20,000 nt of DNA from an uncultured virus (IMG/VR IMGVR_UViG_2061766007_000582) (taxonomy: Duplodnaviria; Heunggongvirae; Uroviricota; Caudoviricetes), in IMG/VR virus record IMGVR_UViG_2061766007_000582. One strand, written 5' to 3'. The position numbers and the translations under genes are program-made. Of this stretch, positions 17,203-20,000 are shown in pieces. The notes below the pieces were generated by a model. The model was not told where the DNA came from. It was given only the letters and a program-made list of their open reading frames with translations, and did not search any database. Numbering within the stretch: the stretch's first letter is position 1; each line of letters begins with the position of its first letter.

Positions 17203-17512
17203 CTATAATAGCTCTCCTACAGTAATCTATGGAGCGTTGCATTTTTCTTGATACACGTTCAGCGTTATTTAGAGTTACGTTAGGGACTTGTACCGTACAT
17301 TCAACGTAGGCTCTATCTCGTCCTTCGCTGATGTTCATGGCATAACACCAAGCCTCATCCGTAAGCCCCGAACGCTTCCTGAAATCCAAGTAAGCCCGAT
17401 TCCTCACGACCATTTCCTTATAGTCGGCTACGGTCATGTTTGATTCAGGAATGTCGGACAGATTGATTGTAAAGGAATCGTCTTCGGGGTTCTCTAAATA
17501 ACGCTTCTTCAT
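17180..17512 (-). CDS. Hypothetical protein, possibly HTH-containing
   Basis: FRKRSGLTDEAWCYAMNISE resembles an XRE HTH; tightly packed in the operon. Confidence 0.45.
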   Translation of the reverse strand: MKKRYLENPEDDSFTINLSDIPESNMTVADYKEMVVRNRAYLDFRKRSGLTDEAWCYAMNISEGRDRAYVECTVQVPNVTLNNAERVSRKMQRSIDYCRRAIIDAKLNEP

Positions 17513-17514
17513 GT

Positions 17515-17712
17515 TCAGAAATCCGGTAGACGTGCTTCACCTGCGTGCTGCAAGTCATACACGTGTTTTTCACAGATTGAATCCACCTTTTCAATAAGTT
17601 CCTTGATGGATTCTTCGTATTCAGGCTTAACCTCATTCTCGTTGAGTTTGACTTCGAGAGCTATGGATTCGTAAGCCTTTGTCTGCATGGTTCGTCTGTA
17701 AGAAATTTCCAT
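17515..17712 (-). CDS. Small hypothetical protein
   Basis: 65 aa, AAGGT RBS, in operon orientation. Confidence 0.55.
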   Translation of the reverse strand: MEISYRRTMQTKAYESIALEVKLNENEVKPEYEESIKELIEKVDSICEKHVYDLQHAGEARLPDF

Positions 17713-17764
17713 TGTGGTTTACCTTTATTGGGGTGGTGGCATAATAACCACCACCCCTGTTTTG

Positions 17765-18868
17765 TTAAGCGTCAATATCGAAGTCACTAAGCTCGAAATC
17801 ATCGCTCGGCTGGACTTCCTCTTCTGTGGCAAAGCCCGAAGGATTCTGTGGCATAGCTTCAACGGAGGGGATGTTGGCAGGTTCTTTCGGACCGTATGCC
17901 TTATCGAAAACCTCGTCAACCTTCTTCTTCAGTTCAGGGTTGCTCTCAACGTATGCGACAGCTCCTTCGATAGCTTCTCTTGTGCTTACCGGACGTTCAG
18001 CATCCCCAGTGTCAATACCGATTTCAGGCTGTTCTTCCTGTTTTGGAGCCGGAACATTAACCGGACGCTCATCAATCAGAGCATACAGTTCCTCGTAAGA
18101 CGGAGCTTCAGGAATCAGCAGGTCAAGGTCAGCCACGTAATCAAAGAGCTGTTCAGGAAGCATCTTGGACGTGGAAAGGTCGAGCTTCACGTCAAGCAAC
18201 TGCATCATCTGCTTGGACTTCGGATTGGTAGCAACAGCCGGAGCCATGCCGAACCGAGCAGTGAACCAGTAACCAAGTTCAATGTCGGAGTAGCTGTAAA
18301 TTTTATCAGCTTCTTTCGGTTTGAACTGTTCTTCCGCTTTCAGAGCCTTGTCAAAAATGGGAATGAAGTAGAACTCGGTGCATTTGACAACACGAGGAAC
18401 AACCTTCACACTGCCACTTTCCGTAGGAGTTTTGAAGACGGCATTGAACAGAAGCATCTTTTTGGGTCTGAGCTTGCTGTACGGAGACTGGTTTGTCTTG
18501 TCGTTCTTGATTTCATCCCAATGCGCCGCAACAGTCTCGCACAGGGGGCATTTCTTACCGTAAGTGGTCGGACACACAACGGTACGTCCATCAGGCAGGT
18601 TATGGGTCTTGTAGCGTCTGAAAGCACTGAACTCACCGGGTTTCGTACCACCTGCATTGACAGCTTTTGTGGTCTGGAAGTCAACGATACGCATGATAGC
18701 CTCTTCCGGTTTGTCATTCTGAGGCCACCAGAGCTTCACACCTTTTGGGAGTGTACTGGTGTTAAGAATCTCCCTGAAATTACCAGTGAGGACAGCTTTT
18801 GCCGCCGCCACTCGTGCATCATGGGATTCGCGCATACGTTTGATGTCAGCCATTGTGAAATTGCTCAT
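17765..18868 (-). CDS. gp32-like single-stranded DNA-binding protein
   Basis: AAGGAG RBS; H...CPTTYGKKCPLC zinc motif; acidic C-terminal tail SDDFELSDFDIDA; replication context. Confidence 0.75.
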   Translation of the reverse strand: MSNFTMADIKRMRESHDARVAAAKAVLTGNFREILNTSTLPKGVKLWWPQNDKPEEAIMRIVDFQTTKAVNAGGTKPGEFSAFRRYKTHNLPDGRTVVCPTTYGKKCPLCETVAAHWDEIKNDKTNQSPYSKLRPKKMLLFNAVFKTPTESGSVKVVPRVVKCTEFYFIPIFDKALKAEEQFKPKEADKIYSYSDIELGYWFTARFGMAPAVATNPKSKQMMQLLDVKLDLSTSKMLPEQLFDYVADLDLLIPEAPSYEELYALIDERPVNVPAPKQEEQPEIGIDTGDAERPVSTREAIEGAVAYVESNPELKKKVDEVFDKAYGPKEPANIPSVEAMPQNPSGFATEEEVQPSDDFELSDFDIDA

Positions 18869-18885
18869 AGTCTTCTCCTTTGGGA

Positions 18886-19218
18886 TTAGTTATTGTTGTG
18901 GTCAAGGAACATATCACGTGCGAAATCAAGCTCAACTTTATAGCAATCGAGCTTTGCCTGTGCTTCAAGAACCTTAGCATTGAGTTCTGCAAACTCAGTG
19001 ATGGTCATGCTTCTGATGCACTCTTCGGAGTATTTAGCACCAGCCATCTTTTCTCTGTAAAGTTCGGTACGCTTGGAGTGGCGCGCTCTGTCATAAGCGG
19101 CAGTAAGGTTTGCCAACTCGATTCTTGCGTTTTCATAGTTGCTCATAGCTCGTGCGTAGTTGCATTTGAGCAGGTTCTTGTCGTTCAGTTCGATTGCAGA
19201 TTCCATGTTATCTGTCAT
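18886..19218 (-). CDS. Helical protein, possibly a UvsY-like recombination mediator
   Basis: 110 aa coiled coil next to the SSB gene; AGGAG RBS. Function is inferred from size and context. Confidence 0.45.
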   Translation of the reverse strand: MTDNMESAIELNDKNLLKCNYARAMSNYENARIELANLTAAYDRARHSKRTELYREKMAGAKYSEECIRSMTITEFAELNAKVLEAQAKLDCYKVELDFARDMFLDHNNN

Positions 19219-19247
19219 TGTGGTTCTCCTCTATTGGGGTTGTGGAC

Positions 19248-19287
19248 TGCTTTAAGTATAATATAGCACACTTAAAGCAAAAATCAA
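19248..19287 (-). promoter_or_regulatory. Extended -10 promoter overlapped by a 10-bp inverted repeat
   Basis: Minus strand TTGATT (19287-19282), 16 nt, TGcTATATT (-10 at 19265-19260). TGCTTTAAGT (19248-19257) and ACTTAAAGCA (19270-19279) flank the -10. Confidence 0.65.
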
Positions 19288-19313
19288 GCGAAAATCAATA
19301 AAAAGTTAAAAAT

Positions 19314-20000
19314 TTATTCAGGTAAATCTCGAAAACCCTTGAAAATTGGGAATCTGAGGGAAGGTTTGCCTGTTGCATCGGTTGTTTCCTCAAAGTATTT
19401 CACGGTTATCTTGCGTCCGAGGTATTTATCAGGGTTGTTATAGAGGTCAATCCTAAGCTCGTCAGAAAGCCCACTGCCAACAGCTACAGGATTACCCTTA
19501 TAACGAATAACCATAGCCCCAGCCAGTTTCGTTTCTTCCATCTGACCTGTTTTTACATTGAGGATATTTTTGGTGGTTCCTGTAATGTCCTCAATAATAA
19601 ACTCATCATCGGTGAACTTCTTGACCTTCAGCAAATCAGCAGTACGACCAGACTGATATGGAGCATCAGCACGAAGAATCAGACCCTCCCATCCCTTACG
19701 TTCGACAAGCTGAGTTGCCTTATCGAAGTTCTCAGGCGTGTATTTACAATGCCCAATTACGCTGAATTTAGAGCTTGTGAAATTCTGAAACATGAACTCC
19801 AAAGCATTTAATCTCAGGCGGTAGGGTCTGTCTGATTTGATGCCTAAGAACTCCTCCGGGGTAAGCATATCGAACATCTTGTAGTGCGGTTTGAGCATTG
19901 TCTCGTGCCGCCTGATTTCCGATACTGCCTGTTTGAAGTTCTCCTTGTTATTCTCGTCAATGACACACAATTCACCATCGAGATAACAAGATGTGCCAAA
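19314..20000 (-). CDS. ATP-dependent DNA ligase (partial, starts beyond the window end)
   Basis: Frame is open from 20000: YLDGEL, FD, WEGLILR, YQSGRTADLLKVK, VGSGLSD, ITVKYFE, SLRFPIF. Confidence 0.92.
   Translation of the reverse strand, partial: FGTSCYLDGELCVIDENNKENFKQAVSEIRRHETMLKPHYKMFDMLTPEEFLGIKSDRPYRLRLNALEFMFQNFTSSKFSVIGHCKYTPENFDKATQLVERKGWEGLILRADAPYQSGRTADLLKVKKFTDDEFIIEDITGTTKNILNVKTGQMEETKLAGAMVIRYKGNPVAVGSGLSDELRIDLYNNPDKYLGRKITVKYFEETTDATGKPSLRFPIFKGFRDLPE

Overview
Segment of a tailed-phage genome assembled with several N gaps. The + strand (1-13041) carries late genes: tail and baseplate proteins, a ~3.8 kb repeat-rich tail fibre, a diversity-generating retroelement (DGR), then small lysis/membrane-type genes. 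The - strand (13116-20000) carries converging DNA metabolism genes: split SbcC/Rad50, SbcD/Mre11, RusA, 5'-3' exonuclease, gp32-like SSB, a possible UvsY-like protein and an ATP-dependent ligase. A bidirectional terminator at about 13070-13111 separates the two. The main system is the DGR. The fibre C-terminus holds a variable repeat (VR, from 8077, lost in a gap from 8102), which matches an AAC-rich template repeat (TR, about 8378-8503) upstream of a reverse transcriptase (RT, 8649-9677). The cassette is atypical: no avd gene, an RT with IGNFLSP and YNDD instead of the usual IGxxxSQ and Y[M/V/A/C]DD, a non-Avd 150-aa gene overlapping the RT stop, and a predicted RNA whose TR flanks pair to loop out the TR. 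Segment 11208-11957 is probably a mis-scaffolded allele of the sbcCD region from a second strain.
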